This document shows, one piece after another, positions 21,355 to 34,232 of a DNA stretch of 39,511 bases. The stretch covers positions 1-39,511 of the forward strand of contig JABANN010000322.1 of the NCBI GenBank assembly GCA_013115125.1. Direction: 5' to 3'. The notes below the pieces were generated by a model that saw only the letters and a program-made list of their open reading frames with translations, did not search any database and was not told where the DNA came from. The translations under genes and the position numbers were made by a program. Each line of letters begins with the position of its first letter. Positions within the stretch are counted from its first letter, which is position 1. This DNA comes from Perkinsus olseni (taxonomy: Eukaryota).

Positions 21355-21866
21355 CAGGATCCAAGCTGAAACGCCAATCCTAGAGAACGAACACGCAGAG
21401 ACGAGCCGCTTTCTCGTGGCGTCCCCGATCCAAACTGAAGCACGGTAACGTCACGCCTGAGGCGCTGGTGAGGCCGCACGCTGTCACGCGCACGCGTGCC
21501 GATCATCGCGTCACGGGAGAATCGCCGTGTCACCAGGGAACCTCATTCCCCAGAAGGGAATTCCCTCAGCCTGAGGTATGTGAGGGTCCAGGCTTGATAG
21601 TCTCTCACAAGGGAACCCCATCGACTTCTCATTCTCGCCTATTCTATCTCGTCTCTCTACTGCGCTCGCGAAATGTTATCCTTCCCTGAACAATTGTCTC
21701 TTGCGCGTTGTGTGCGCACCGCCGAGGCTTGACAGACCTTCTGTTCCGAAGGCATCATTTCTTGCCTTATGTAGAAGCTATCCATTCAGAGCGAAGAGTT
21801 CGCTTCCCAGCTTCGGAAGCAATTTAAGGTTTGCTCACCATCGCGTATGCAGCCCGGATGCACGAT

Positions 21867-23238
21867 TCGATAGACCAATGAAATCTGCCAACTCAACACA
21901 CCAAGGCCTCCGAGAACTTCCGTAGTTTCACTCAGACTTCACATGCGCAGTTAAAAGGAGTGCGGCATGTTGTTTATAAGGACGACTACATCAACATTGC
22001 CATATGCGGCAAAACTGATAGTAAACAGTGTCCGGTCGTATCATCAATTATCGACTTTCATAATCGTCAAGACTTCATCCCAAAACCAGACTTCGGCCTC
22101 AGCGGACGCGGAGATTGGAAAGGTCTTCGAATGCAGCAGACGTTGATGGGCAGGTACAGTCCTCAGTAGAGGATTCCTCAACCAAAGTCCCATCAATCAT
22201 TGGTGCAGAAGACCCGTCGTTCGCTTCAAGTTTGCGGAGGTCAGTGCGCTTGACGAAGTTTGGTACGATGAATATCTCTTCGTCTGGACAACCTCTGAAG
22301 GAAAACATTAATGAGATAAAGAATAATCTGCCGTGAGAACTTCACCTTTTAGACAGCGACTTGTCATACGGTGATTCCCGATAGAAGCCGGGCATACACC
22401 AGCAGACTTGCCTCTTCTCGAACCAGTTATATTCACACCACTTGGGTGGACTATCACGCGGATACCCTGAGGAAGACGAATTGCCGATCGAACCGGAGAA
22501 GAGAGCGCATCATGCCAGCGTATTCGACTTACACGACAGAGCACGTTGTAGCCACGGGTTGGTCGAAGGACAAGTCGAGTTGAGCCCGGGGCCATGGGGC
22601 GGCATCAAAACATAGTCCATCTCCTTCTCGTAACACCTGTAATTTAAACAAGGGATACTCGATTTATTAACAGGGAAGCTTCGCCTACAGCCAGTCGCGG
22701 TTTTTACGGCCGTGGTCATTTCCCTTGTCATTTGGATCAAGTCGGCAATCTGAGAAATTCATCGCAGCAAATAAACTCCCTGTAGTACGAGGGGTGTCGA
22801 CTGACCATATCTTTTGGGTGCATCAGTATATCCTCTATCGTCTTGATGCTTCTCGTGCAAACGGATACAAAATCTGAGAACGAAATCCACGGATTGGCTG
22901 AATGGGAGGGCCGGAGGGGACTTACTGTTTGATTTTCTTCTTCCGGGCGCCGTACGTCTCAGCGTCCTTCCATTTACCATCACAATCGGATTTGCCGTGT
23001 GACTTGAGCCAACCCCTCCCGTTGGCGTAGAGGTTGTAGTTCACATTCTTCGATGCGGCGAAGACCTTCGGCTCCCCTGAAAAGGTAAAAGAAGTCCGAT
23101 GGGCGAGAGGAAGTGATACGATCGGCTTCCCGTCAGCTCACATTTCTTCTTATCCTTATCGGGGCGCTTCAGTTTATCGCCAGCCGCCTCGTGCAGGAGT
23201 AGGAAGCCTGTGAGAGCTAAGAAGACGGCAGATACCAT
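21867..23238 (-). repeat. Right arm of the large inverted repeat; partner is 17869-19246
   Basis: Reverse complement of the left arm. Confidence 0.97.
22099..23238 (-). CDS. Secreted Cys-rich protein, second copy, 7 exons
   Basis: MVSAVFLALTGFLLLHEAAGDKLKRPDKDKKK...; same intron positions as the left copy; few exonic substitutions (e.g. GWLKSHG vs GWVKSNG). Confidence 0.82.
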
Positions 23239-23555
23239 CGGAGGATAGAGGGAAGAGCAAGACACTCTAAGACAGTTGTAATCAACCAACCAGTTGTCGC
23301 TACACACTCTGTAACCCACACTCAATTTCTCCACCCGTTACATCTGAAACCGCCAACAGTTTCAAGAGTCGTCCGTTTCACACGCGGTCGCTCATGAAAC
23401 GGTCGAGAACAGCAGCGTCGGAGCAGTACGGGTGGCTAGTGGGCCGCCTGCGTGCGAATGCTCATGAAGCTAGCCTCAGATTATTTTGATACCGAGAGTA
23501 ACTTGCCAACCCAAGGGAGGCCAGGCAATCACGAAAAGTATCACAATGGTAAGTT

Positions 23556-23990
23556 TTAGCTCATCATCATCATCATCATCGGTTGCGCTCCTTCGGTCGT
23601 CAATTTCTCGATCGTTGACGTGATGTCCTCAGCACTTCGAAGGCCTTCCTTCTTCACCATCCTCCCATTGGGCGCCTCCACAATGATGCATGGCAGCTTG
23701 CCAACTCCACTTGCCCTCGCGAGGTCCTTGTTCTCATCAACGTCGATTCTGTCGATGTAGTACTCCACTGATGGTAGTTTTGCCAACTCGTCGGCTTGCA
23801 AGAGGCACGGGCCGCACCACTTGGCGTGGAAGACCGTTATATGAGGTAAAGCTCGACGGCCTGCTGCAGCTGCTGATGATGATGGTGACGACGCTACACT
23901 GAGGAGGGCCTGATCCAGCGTGACACCGAGGAACCCGAGGAAGACAAATAGAGTCACGAGAAGTAGGGCGGAATGTAGCCGCGACTTCAT
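23556..23990 (-). CDS. Thioredoxin-family protein (WCGPC) with N-terminal hydrophobic leader
   Basis: FHAKWCGPC, IDRIDVDENKDLA, GVGKLPCII and KKEG thioredoxin motifs. Leader MKSRLHSALLLVTLFVFLGFLGVTL. Alternative in-frame ATG at 24029. Confidence 0.88.
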   Translation of the reverse strand: MKSRLHSALLLVTLFVFLGFLGVTLDQALLSVASSPSSSAAAAGRRALPHITVFHAKWCGPCLLQADELAKLPSVEYYIDRIDVDENKDLARASGVGKLPCIIVEAPNGRMVKKEGLRSAEDITSTIEKLTTEGAQPMMMMMMS

Positions 23991-24100
23991 CGCCAGAAAA
24001 CACTTACAAAGATATCTGCCCATCTCCATGCGTTGAGGAAACGCAAGATAGCAAGTGGCTCACGCAGCAATGTTAAAGGATGTTGAATAGTGCAGATTGG

Positions 24101-25635
24101 TTACATCGTACCCACTAAGGCACTCCCGCCCGCTGCCACTCGTCTCTGCCGTTCGATAACGCCCTTTTCAAAGTCGACTATGATGGTGATGGCCATAGGG
24201 TCAGCCTCGGGGTCATCATTGGTGTAGGCCGACGCACATTTACATGGCTGAGAAGCGGAGCGAAGCGTGAATTGAAATGAAGAGTAGCTTGAGCTTACCA
24301 TGCCAGCAGCATTGAGCGCTCCCTCGACCAGGCCAGCAGCGAACGCGCCGCAGTTCACAAGGTTGTCTTCGGACTCGTCGGAGCCCGGGGGTAAGGAGAT
24401 GAATCTGATGTAGTCTGAAGATGAGGTATCGGCATCGGGCGTCCTGGATTACTTGTTCAACAACCACTGCTTATCGGCCAAATAAAACTCCCATTCTTGA
24501 TCGGTTGTTAAGACCTGTCCACAACCGTCATCGTACAACTACCACTACTTCCATCAGTCAGTAAACGCTTATACCAACCAGAGGACGAGCGCTTCGAGTA
24601 GCGGCAAATTTGTGCTACTGTGCTCTAATCATTACAACCTCCCAAGCACGCTTCCATACACCACTACGATCCTCAAAATCCTCCTCAACCAACTTCAACC
24701 ATTAACAGCTCTTCTTAAACTACTACTACGATTACCTCCGCTTCGTGGCCGAATAATGTCTTCCATAGGTAGCTTGCAATGTGATACAACAACGGCAAGA
24801 CCTTATAGTCGCGCTTTCGAGACATCTGAATCACCAAGATCCCCGTGGCCTACTGTCCTGCCCCCCCCCCTTACACTCCGACTCGTGTCCCTCATATACG
24901 TGAGCTCCAATAAGCCAGGCCCCAGAGATGCACCCATTCTATGCAACTTGGTCTCCAAATGCTCATTGTCCGGCCCTTGCCGTCGAACAGCATAGCAGAC
25001 CATTTCACAGAACAAATGGGAAACAGCGGCTTGGGAGACCTGACGACGATGCGCTCCTTCCGGACGAAATCAAGCGTTCAGCGGACAACAGGCGTATACG
25101 AATGGACCCTGACGGCAGCGACTAGTCCTGGTTCATCAGAAAGCGACTACTTCTACTGCCGTGAGTGGCTGAAGCAATATTATACATCACTACGACGTAC
25201 TGAAGCCCTACGAGTATCTCCCCACCGATCGAATGCTTGAAGGGCTATGGAACGGTTTGTATGAAGGTTGCGAATCACGACCAGCGTCACCGACATGAGT
25301 TGAGATCCCAAAGAGCAGGAAGCCCTCCAGTAATTCCTACCAAATTCTCACGCATTCATTGGACAAGGCGGCTCAGCCGCTGATTCAAAAATTCTGACCT
25401 ACTCCCGATTTCAAAATTTTTTCCCCGTAGAAGCTTTTTCCGTTACGACCTCCACTCAACGACTTCAGCCAACTTCCTCAAAAACTCGAAAACCCACTGC
25501 AGTCCATCACTCCATCACTACCTCCGTCGTTCCAGCGAGTATCGGCCTAGTGAGAGCACAGTAGTCTCGAGACCCCATCCGTCCTTTTCCAGCTGACTTC
25601 ACCTGACTCCTCTCCGGCAGCCGCTTATCCGTCAT
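24101..25635 (-). CDS. TRAPPC5: TRAPP complex subunit 5 (Trs31), multi-exon
   Basis: MTDKRLPE...ALTRPILAGTTE / VSQAAVSHLFCEMVCY...LETKLHRMGASLGPGLLEL...; EFYLADKQWLLN / FISLP...NLVNCGAFAAGLVEGALNAAGM / PCKCASAY...ITIIVDFEKGVIERQ. The exon-1 assignment is less certain. Confidence 0.9.
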
Positions 25636-26064
25636 TAGTAATAAAACCTAGGAGTACAGCCCGTCCGTTACCGAACTAACCACTCAACGCCACCACACAA
25701 AGTTGAGAAAACAGGGCACTAACTCGTCGATTACGACGAGGAAGAAGGGCGGTTTCCTAAGCGTAAAAAGCCACCACCTGGCGATGACGGTGGCGAGCTT
25801 ACATAACTAACTCGACCGACAACCAGGAGAGCGGCTGCTGACGCCGATAATGGTATAAGGAAGAGGTAGGTATCTTTACTACTGCTGCTACTACTAAGAC
25901 AGCTCAATGCAAAAAGCTGCTGCTACGCGCAATGGGACAGTTGATACGAAGGGGATACCCCAGTGAGGTTCGCTGTGCGCTAAAGCGTGCCCACTGACGG
26001 CTGCCGATGGCAGAGGTAACAGTGGTGATAGTGACAGCAGCAGTAACAAGCATAACAAAACGAT

Positions 26065-27590
26065 TCATGCCACATGGCCACCGATTCCCGAGGGCTGGTC
26101 TTTCTTAGGCATTGTTACACGATCCGTCAAGATACTATTGCCTTCCTCCTCGTCGCTGGTAGTAGATCCCGTCTCGACAGCGGCCTTACCTCTGCGGGAC
26201 TGCATCACTAAAAGCGTTAGCGACAGCAGTACGGCCAGTATCAGAGAGAAAGCGAACCACAGGACCACCTCTTGATACGTTCCCGTCATGGTCTTGACCA
26301 GACCGACCATCCATCCTCCGATAAACACGCCAGCAGCCTCCATCACCTCATAGCATCCGTACGCCGTAGCAAAGAGCGCTCCCGAGCCTTGGATAGCTGA
26401 CGGCACAGTCGCGCGAAGAACGGTAGGCGTTATAGCGTTGCAGAAGGAAAGCATGAAGAGGGGAATGTCCGGGGAGTCTAGCAAGTCGCTACTGAGTAGG
26501 TAGTACCCTAGGGAGCCGATCAGCCCGGCTACCATCAGTATGACGGGAAGGGATACTGCAGACCTGCCGGTGTAGTCAATGGCCAGCCCCATCACCGGCG
26601 ATAGGATGATGCCGAGGCTGTCGGTGATAGCCGCTGATTGACCCGACTCAACTTTGGAGTAATTATATTTTGCCCTGAGGTAGTCGGCATCAATATGGCC
26701 GAAGACCCGATGGGCGTTGGAGAATAGCAAGTGGAGAATACAGACCACCCAGAATGCCAGAGGCAGCATCAAAGTCCGACGGAAATCTCGGAAAATGGCA
26801 GCTCCCTTTACTCGGACGTGCTGCTGCGGCATCTGTCTGTAGCGAGTCTTCTTACTCATTTTGAGCCACCAGTAAGAGACCACGCTCGAGACGAGGCACC
26901 AGAAGAGTCCCCAGAGGATGGACACACTGTAGTCGCCGTGGAAGAGTTCCGCGACTGGCGCCAGGGTGGTCTTGGACACCACGCCCGACAACGAATGGAA
27001 GGATTCCTAAAACGAACCATCTCCATCACCCGACTGTTACGATACTACCGTGAGTCCGATGGCGAAGGTGATTTTATTGGGGAAATAAATAGCTGCAATC
27101 GCGCCCGTGAGGGAGGAAACACAGCCTTGTCCGACTCCCGCGATGAACCTCCCCGTCATGGCCAACCAGTAGGTGTGTATTTTAGTGCCGAGAAAGAAGA
27201 CGAACTGTCCGATACAGACCACCCCGAGGAAGAACATAACCCCGAGCTTGACGCCCCAGCGCTTGTCAACGATTACGCCTCCGACCGCCGGGAGGATGAG
27301 ATTCGGCAACGTTCCGATGGACTGGAACCAACCCCAACGAAGGGAGTCTATCGGCGGCGACCATTTAGGGTCCTTGGCGTAGTAAGCCTTCAGTGGTGAT
27401 ATCGTTTTTATGAAGTGCGCACCGAACTGAACCAGCACCGCGACGAGTAGGACGCCCCATAGCCTGCCAACTAGGATGATCCCACTAGAGGCGAGCGGCG
27501 GCTGCTGCTGTTGTCTACCTGGCTCGAGCTGAGAACCGATGCCTTAGCCGCTGTTGTGGGGCCTGGCTGGGGGAAGGGGGCCGACTGTCC
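26065..27590 (-). CDS. Major facilitator superfamily transporter (MFSD1-like); 5' end uncertain
   Basis: LPNLILPAVGGVIVDKRWGVK (MFS motif A), GRFIAGVGQG, ILSPVMGLAIDYTGR, ATAYG; ~12 TM segments across ORFs 27037-27438 and 26065-26991. Confidence 0.9.
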
Positions 27591-30421
27591 TGCAGCAGGA
27601 ACGATCGTACGACTAGGGTAGGGGACACCCTAGGGCGATAGAATCCACGACAATGAGAGTGGTGCCAGTAATGACATTGAGCCCGACCCTTCCCGTACCA
27701 CTACTTCACTTAGTATGCTGTATGATGAGCTTGGTGGTGGCAGAGGTTCACCTTCCCTTACGCGATGAATTGGTGGCGACAACATAGTTAACAAACTCAA
27801 GGCCACTGTAGTGACTATAATGAGAGGCTCATGACGCTGCCTGGCTGGCCGGGTGGTCGATGATTAGCACTAGTCGAAAAGAAAGACGATCCCACTGGGA
27901 AACTACTTGCCCGCGTCAACATCATTACAGCGGCAGACGGTCTATCGAGATTAGTATCCGCAAAGTACTGCTCTAAATTACAGTTGTTCGTTGGTGGCGC
28001 TGTCGCTGCTTCGCTCCGCTAAAATTCGCGTCACGTTTATTTTTTTCGCAAGTCGCGCGTTATCTGCCGCGTCACCCTTTGCTGTTGAGATACTTTTCAG
28101 AATCTGAAATTCGGATAGTTTATCCCGTGAATGTCGGGCTTGGTGTCGAGAATTTATGAAAGCGTTCACTACGTATCTTCCGGCTCGACCGTAACCTCTC
28201 TTATCGATTATAATAATAAAAACAACAACAAAGTCATTCCCAATCGGTAAGCAGCAGCGGAACGTTCCCGCTCGGTCGTCGTGAAAGAACAACAGCCGTT
28301 GCTTCAGAGACGAGGCGTTCTGCTGTCATCGGTGTGGCAAGGCTATCAGAAAACAGGATAACGTATTCATGTATCAGGATAAGACCTTCTGCAGTCGAGG
28401 TTGCCGCAAGGGCACGCCAGGGTGGCCTAGGATACTCCTTGTCGAGTGCTGCGACTGTGGCTGCAGATACGAAGAGTCGTTGAACTCTCAACCCATCGTC
28501 AGGAGTGATACTCATATTAGCGAACTCTTTGACGGGGATGATGAACTCGAGGTAACCGAGGGAGAATAATTAGAAAGGGTGCTGGTCGGCAGTAGAAGGG
28601 GAAGGTGTATGAAAGAGGAATATCTCAGAGTGCTCTTGTCGCAAAGAAAATTACTATTGTATACAGTCCAAAGCCCTGCTATGCTTCCGCTGCTGATATG
28701 GTCACGTACAAATCTTCATGCTTGTCCCCCAATCTGCCGCAAAGGAGGGGATGATCTCACTAAGACCGCACTAAATTTTAGTCCGCTTGCTTGGGAACCT
28801 CGCCCGTCGCTTGTGATCGTCCCTGTATATCCTAGCATCACTCGTCCTCTCCTCATCATCATTCCAATAGCTAGCCTGCGTGTGTTGTTACCGGCGATTC
28901 TACCCTCAGGCGGCCACCGACGATGACGCATCCTCGTCATCACCGAGGGACCTTCTCAACCGTACACTACAGTAAGGCGATGCCACGTCACCAAGTGTTT
29001 AATACCACTCCTTCAGCTTCGGTTCGAGTGGAGATCTTCGCGATGCTTCACCCTCCGTGAGCAGCAATAGTCAACCTCTGGATACGGTGGGGCAACCTAA
29101 TCCATTTACTCCACCGCAGTAGTCGTCTTGGTTCAGGAGCAGCCTCCCGCCTCTCGGTTGTATTCACCATCAGCGACCTGTCTATTATTGTTTTCACATA
29201 TCACTGAGTCTCCACTGGTAACAACTCCTCAGCTGTGCTCTCGTCGGCCCACTCACGCTCTTCAGATGTCACAAACCTTCACAACGGAAGACCTCAGTCA
29301 ATACCAGGTGGGCTCCTCGCCACGGCCTGCTCCCCCCTATCTATTGATCTCATCAGAATTCCGAAACTGCTACCGCTCATCCGCCCCTCAGCCGTGAGAT
29401 TTCCCTTGTGAAGTTAGTCAACGCTTAAATGAAGGCAAGTCGGCCACGCGACTCAGCGGCCCGGCTATTGCGCTGGTCTCGCTCAGATACTAATCCGGAG
29501 GGTCAATCCCTCCGAAAACACGAAATTCGTATGAGACGGATTTCAAGATTTGTTGGCAAGTCTTCTTCTGTAGTCTTGTTAGTGTGTCGATACTATGAAT
29601 GGGGTCATTCAAAAGCTCATCACTTCATCGTCTTTAACAATCGTCTTCTCATCTTCTTGTTGTCTTTTACTTTCTGTCGACTAACTGTCGTAATAGATTC
29701 ATTTCGGTGGCGAACAGACCTGCTCACCGCCAACAACGAATTATCGTAACCTTTTTCACTCTCGTACCATTGCATCACCACCAGCAGCAGCATTAGTCCG
29801 TTGTCGTCGTCGCTGTCGCCCTTCAAGTCCTCGTCCGCAGTGTGCCGTGTTGGAGTTTGATTCACTTTCGAGCTGGCGCTTCTAAACGATTTGTACTCAG
29901 CGGCAGTAAAAGCGTACCTAGTAGCCACTTACAGGCGTTCGACTCAGTTTTACGGGGAAGAGCCCAGAAGGGAGGTCGAGGGTATCAAAATGAAACTTCC
30001 GGACCTCTTCCCAAGTGAATTCAACGATATTATTTGCTCATCACGCAGGGCATCCGCAAATCCGGTTCTCTGTTCTGCCGTGTATAATCTCCGAGATGAA
30101 GTAAACTGCGTGACGAGGGGGACCGAGCCGATCGACGACCGAGTATGTGTCCACCGAGCGGCACCGCTGCAAGGCTTCCTCAACCATGCACTGCTGCCAA
30201 CCGAGATGCTTTCATTCTTCCGTAGAACCCGTCTTGGAAGTCAGCCCGAAGAAACGAAGATTATTCCTTGGAGATCAGCTCGATCGAATGAACATTATGT
30301 TCGAGACGTTTTGTAGCAGTAAGTGCCTACGTTACCTTTTCAGCCGCTGACTTCCTTTCGCCCATACCATAACTTCACCAACTCAAGAGGACGAGGCTAC
30401 ATCAATTGGACACATGGACGA

Positions 30422-33400
30422 TTACACCTTTCCTTTACGCGATGATCTTCGGCCCGTCCCTGATACCGTCAAAGACCGTATCTCCTCCCGTTGCCTCGAT
30501 ACTATGCCATCGAGCTCTCCAGCAAAGGCCTCAGCGCTCGTCAGTTTCCCTCGCAGTTCCTCAATGACCTCGTCCTTCCTCTTCAGCATCCGCCGAACTC
30601 TTTCTTCCAACGTTCGTATCGCCTCATCACAGCGTATCTAATTCGAAAAGCTTTTCCTCGAGGAACGGCTCTCGGACAAAATCCGCGAAAATGTTGTTCA
30701 CGTTCACTATTTCCCACTACGTGCAACGCGCTTACTGGTTACTGTTCACAATGAATTGCTTCCATCTTCTAACGTGAGTTTATCGACGCAACCGAGGCTG
30801 CATGGGATCACTCGACCATACGGCACGACAATACAACGGTGAGACAGTGGCTGCGGCGATGGTGTTGTCGAAGACCCACCTGCTGTTCGTCGAGCTTCTC
30901 TTTCGTACTGGATCGGACGGCGGCCAACTCCCCCTCCAGTTGAGCTTTTTCTCGCCTGAAAAATTAACTCAAAGTGATGGTCCAGTATCGCCTGGGAGAG
31001 GCCACAAGGCGGCATCGAGACTCACCTGAGTTGCTCTCGTTCGTCGGCACTTTCCCGTCGCGCTCCCTCCAACTCCACCAGAGCCTTGCCCCCCTCCCTT
31101 TCCTGGGCGAGTAACTAATAACTTCAACCCTATTTCCACGTACATGGACGTTTGCTGACCATATCTTTCCGCTCCTGTTGAGCAAGGGTCAAACTCTCTC
31201 TGGCCAGCTCCAACTCTCTTTCCGAGGTCTCCATCTCTCCCTTCAGTTTCTCCACCACTGCCAGGCTACCCTCTCGCTCCTTTTCGAGACCCTCCACCTG
31301 ACAAGACTCGGCCAAAACTTCCCCCCAAGACCCCCTTCTCACTTTTGCTCGAAATCCCGCAATGTCGTTCAAAAGCCCCGCCTTCTGTTCTTCCCACTCC
31401 CTAGCGGCCGTTGCCTTCGCTCGATGCTCAGCTTCCACTACTTCTCGACTCAGCCGGTCTACCACCACCGCAACCTAAGGCAGCAGCCACCACGCTGTCC
31501 ACTTGCCGCTGACCAACCTCCGTCCAACGGCAGTTTATAACTACCTTTTTTCTATGGAGTTGCTATAAGTATCGATTATCACCATCATGAAGTACAGAAT
31601 AATTTTCAGGTCGACCCTCGCAATTTTGTTAAAGAAATTTCATGCACCTTCCACACCAGTATGTCTTTCATTACCAGTACCCTAGAAAGCACCGTTCGAC
31701 GTGCCAACATTATCAAGAATGCTATAGTTGATCCGAAGGTGATCTAGTTCCCTCCGCTCAACTGCAAGCAAACCCTTATCGCCTTGAGACCATAGAATTC
31801 TCACGGGCCCTGCGGAGGGTCTGGGAGATGAGCATACCAGTGAGAGTCCGAGCCGGAGACCGCGTTGGCCCCTTCACACACACTCAGTCGATGCTCACCT
31901 GACGATCTCTCTCCTCCTCACACTCCCTTCTAATCTCCTTCGCCTTCCCTCTGAGGTCATCCTCCAGCTTCCCGCGTATCTTAGGTTGCCCCATCATGAT
32001 CATAGAACCCCATCCACCGGGCCTCACATTCTCCATCCACGCCTCTCGTTCCAGCTGCTCCTCTCGCTTCATCGCCTTCACCTCACCCTCCTTGGCGGCC
32101 TTCACCCTTCCCAGCTTCTCCTCATACCGCACCTCCACCTCCTTTATCCGCTTATGCTCCTCCACACGTGCCTGACTGTCAACAGCAATACCCCTAGGGC
32201 CTCCCCACCATCCGGCACCTGATGGAGTCGCTCTCTGAACTCGATATCTCGGGCGTTCCGCTCCTCCTCGGCCCTCGCCCTCACTTCTGCGATCTCCTGC
32301 TGCGTACTCGATCGGAGTAGTCGCAGCTGTTCGTTCCACTTCTCAGCCTCCTCAGTGACCTAGGAGCATCGCATCACGAGCCTTCAGGACGGCACCCAGG
32401 CACCTGTCGTCGGGCACGGTCCCTCTCAACCATCAACAGTGATTCATATTCCTTCTTTACAGCCTCCGTCTTCATCTCTATTTGAAGACTATGCTGTGCC
32501 AACAGCTCCGCCCGCTGAGCCTCCAAGGCCTCCCGATGCCGGTCAAGTAGGGCCTGGGTCCGAAGCGGCAAATGGTACAGAAACTTCAAGTGAGAAATAA
32601 CCGAGAGAGTAAAGTGAAGACACTGAGGAGAAGACGCGAATCAACAAGATAAGAAGCGTACTTGCTTTTCCTTGCGGCCCTCCGAAAGGATCCTCTCGAC
32701 CTCGGGCTCCAAGCCGCGTATGGTGGACTCCTTGATCTCCTTAGTTTTTGTCGCCTCCCACTCTGATCTTCGCAGCTTCTCCTGAGCCATCCAAATCTTC
32801 TTCTGTTTACTCACCTACGAGGACCATCTGTTGCGTCACAAACCCTCCAGCGACCTCCCGTTCAATAAACCAACTCTGAAACTCCCAATAGATTCTACAC
32901 GTAGAATGCGGTTCCAGAATCGACTCTGAGTTTCACAATTGCTTTCGTGAACGACCCCTGCGTCTGAGCCGTTTTGCCTCGCGTAGCAAGTGTTGCTCAG
33001 CCTCCTCCCTCAGCATCTCTCCCCTCCTCTCGCTGGCCCTCAGCTCCGCAACCAGCTGTTCGCATTGCCAGGTCAACTCGGTCTTGTCCACAAGGAGCTT
33101 GTCGATCATCTTCAACTGCCGCTCTCCCTTCGCCATCAACTCTCGCTTAACCTTCCAATAAAAAAACTTCTCGTTACGCTTCTTTCTCTCTCTCACCGTC
33201 TGAATTTTCCTATCGCCTTGCCGCTCTGCGTCGCTCATCTTGATCAGCCACTCATGCTCCTGATCCTCTATTTTTTGCCGCAGTTCACAAACCAGCGAGG
33301 TCTTCTCAGCGAGCTCGGCCGTCAAAGTCGATATTCTTGCCTACCACTACGATGGCATCATCCCCATGACAAAAGCGCTTTACTTGAATCTTCGCCTCGT

Positions 33401-33942
33401 CTCCTCCCCTCGCGCTTTCCCGTACACTTCCCGGTGGCGATTGGCCGTCAGTGGACAGAGTCAACGTACTACTCTCCCGACCCGAACCCCTACTTTTCGT
33501 TATGACAGTAAGGTTCACTGCATACGCGCCGCCCACCTGATGCCCTCCAGGACAGTCTCGGACTTCTCCTCAGCAAGTTCTATGAGGGAAATGATGGACC
33601 CCAGTGGGCTGTCAGCAGCAGCATTTTCGTGGCGCGTGAAGCTCTTCGTCGCCGAGCTTGGCAGCTACTTGAGAAGGCCCTGCTTCGAGCTAAGATCCCC
33701 TCGCTCACTTCCGTCCCGATCTGATTCGGAGGTCGATTTTCGGATCCTTCCACCGCCTCTGTGCTGCTTGGCTGTGCGTCCGCCTCCGAGATCTCGCCAT
33801 AACAATGTAACATCTTTTCACTAAACGGAACCTTCTGTTCTTTCGACGCCCGATACCCGATACCCATACTATGGATATCAGCGGCTGATATCATCAGGGC
33901 CTCAGCTAAGTGTATAATGGGTACGCCCCGAACATCATACAT
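30422..33942 (-). CDS. CEP131: Centrosomal/centriolar-satellite protein CEP131 (AZI1) homolog, many exons; 5' end uncertain
   Basis: Signature exon KKIWMAQEKLRRSEWEATKTKEIKESTIRGLEPEVERIL (~32660-32810); RQLKMIDKLLVDKTELTWQCEQL; C-terminal LEERVRRMLKRKDEVIEELR...IVSRQREE; long coiled-coil. Confidence 0.85.
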
Positions 33943-34232
33943 GCACGCCGTACTTTAGAGAAACTTTAAAATTTTGGAGATCTTCTCAGTGTACTCACTG
34001 ATATGGCGTAAGGAACAGGTTGCCCTTCTCTCCGAGACGTGAACTCCCTTTATCCTAGATTAACCCCGGATTGATATGTGGCATCAGGTATCAGCCGCAT
34101 GACGGTACTTTAACGCCTACTATCCCGATTCTTCCGCATCTTAAATTCGATTAAACAACCCTCACCTAGGAGGGTTCCAGGAGATCTACGCCCACAGGCA
34201 ACTCGGAACGCAAATGCCTCTTGCTCCGTCCA

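Noticed and set aside
23003..23012. Minus-strand TTGGCTCAAG matching the 3' end of the perkinsid/dinoflagellate spliced leader
   Set aside because: It falls inside coding exon 2 (GWLK); the paralog reads TTGGGTCAAG and the rest of the leader is absent.
25105..25160. CTGATGA within a stem (hammerhead or C/D snoRNA core)
   Set aside because: No correctly placed GAAA or stem II, and no convincing C/D box pair with a terminal stem.
27978..30350. Scattered ORFs between the MFS and CEP131 genes
   Set aside because: I could not build a consistent spliced model or recognise a domain; a gene may exist but is unsupported.
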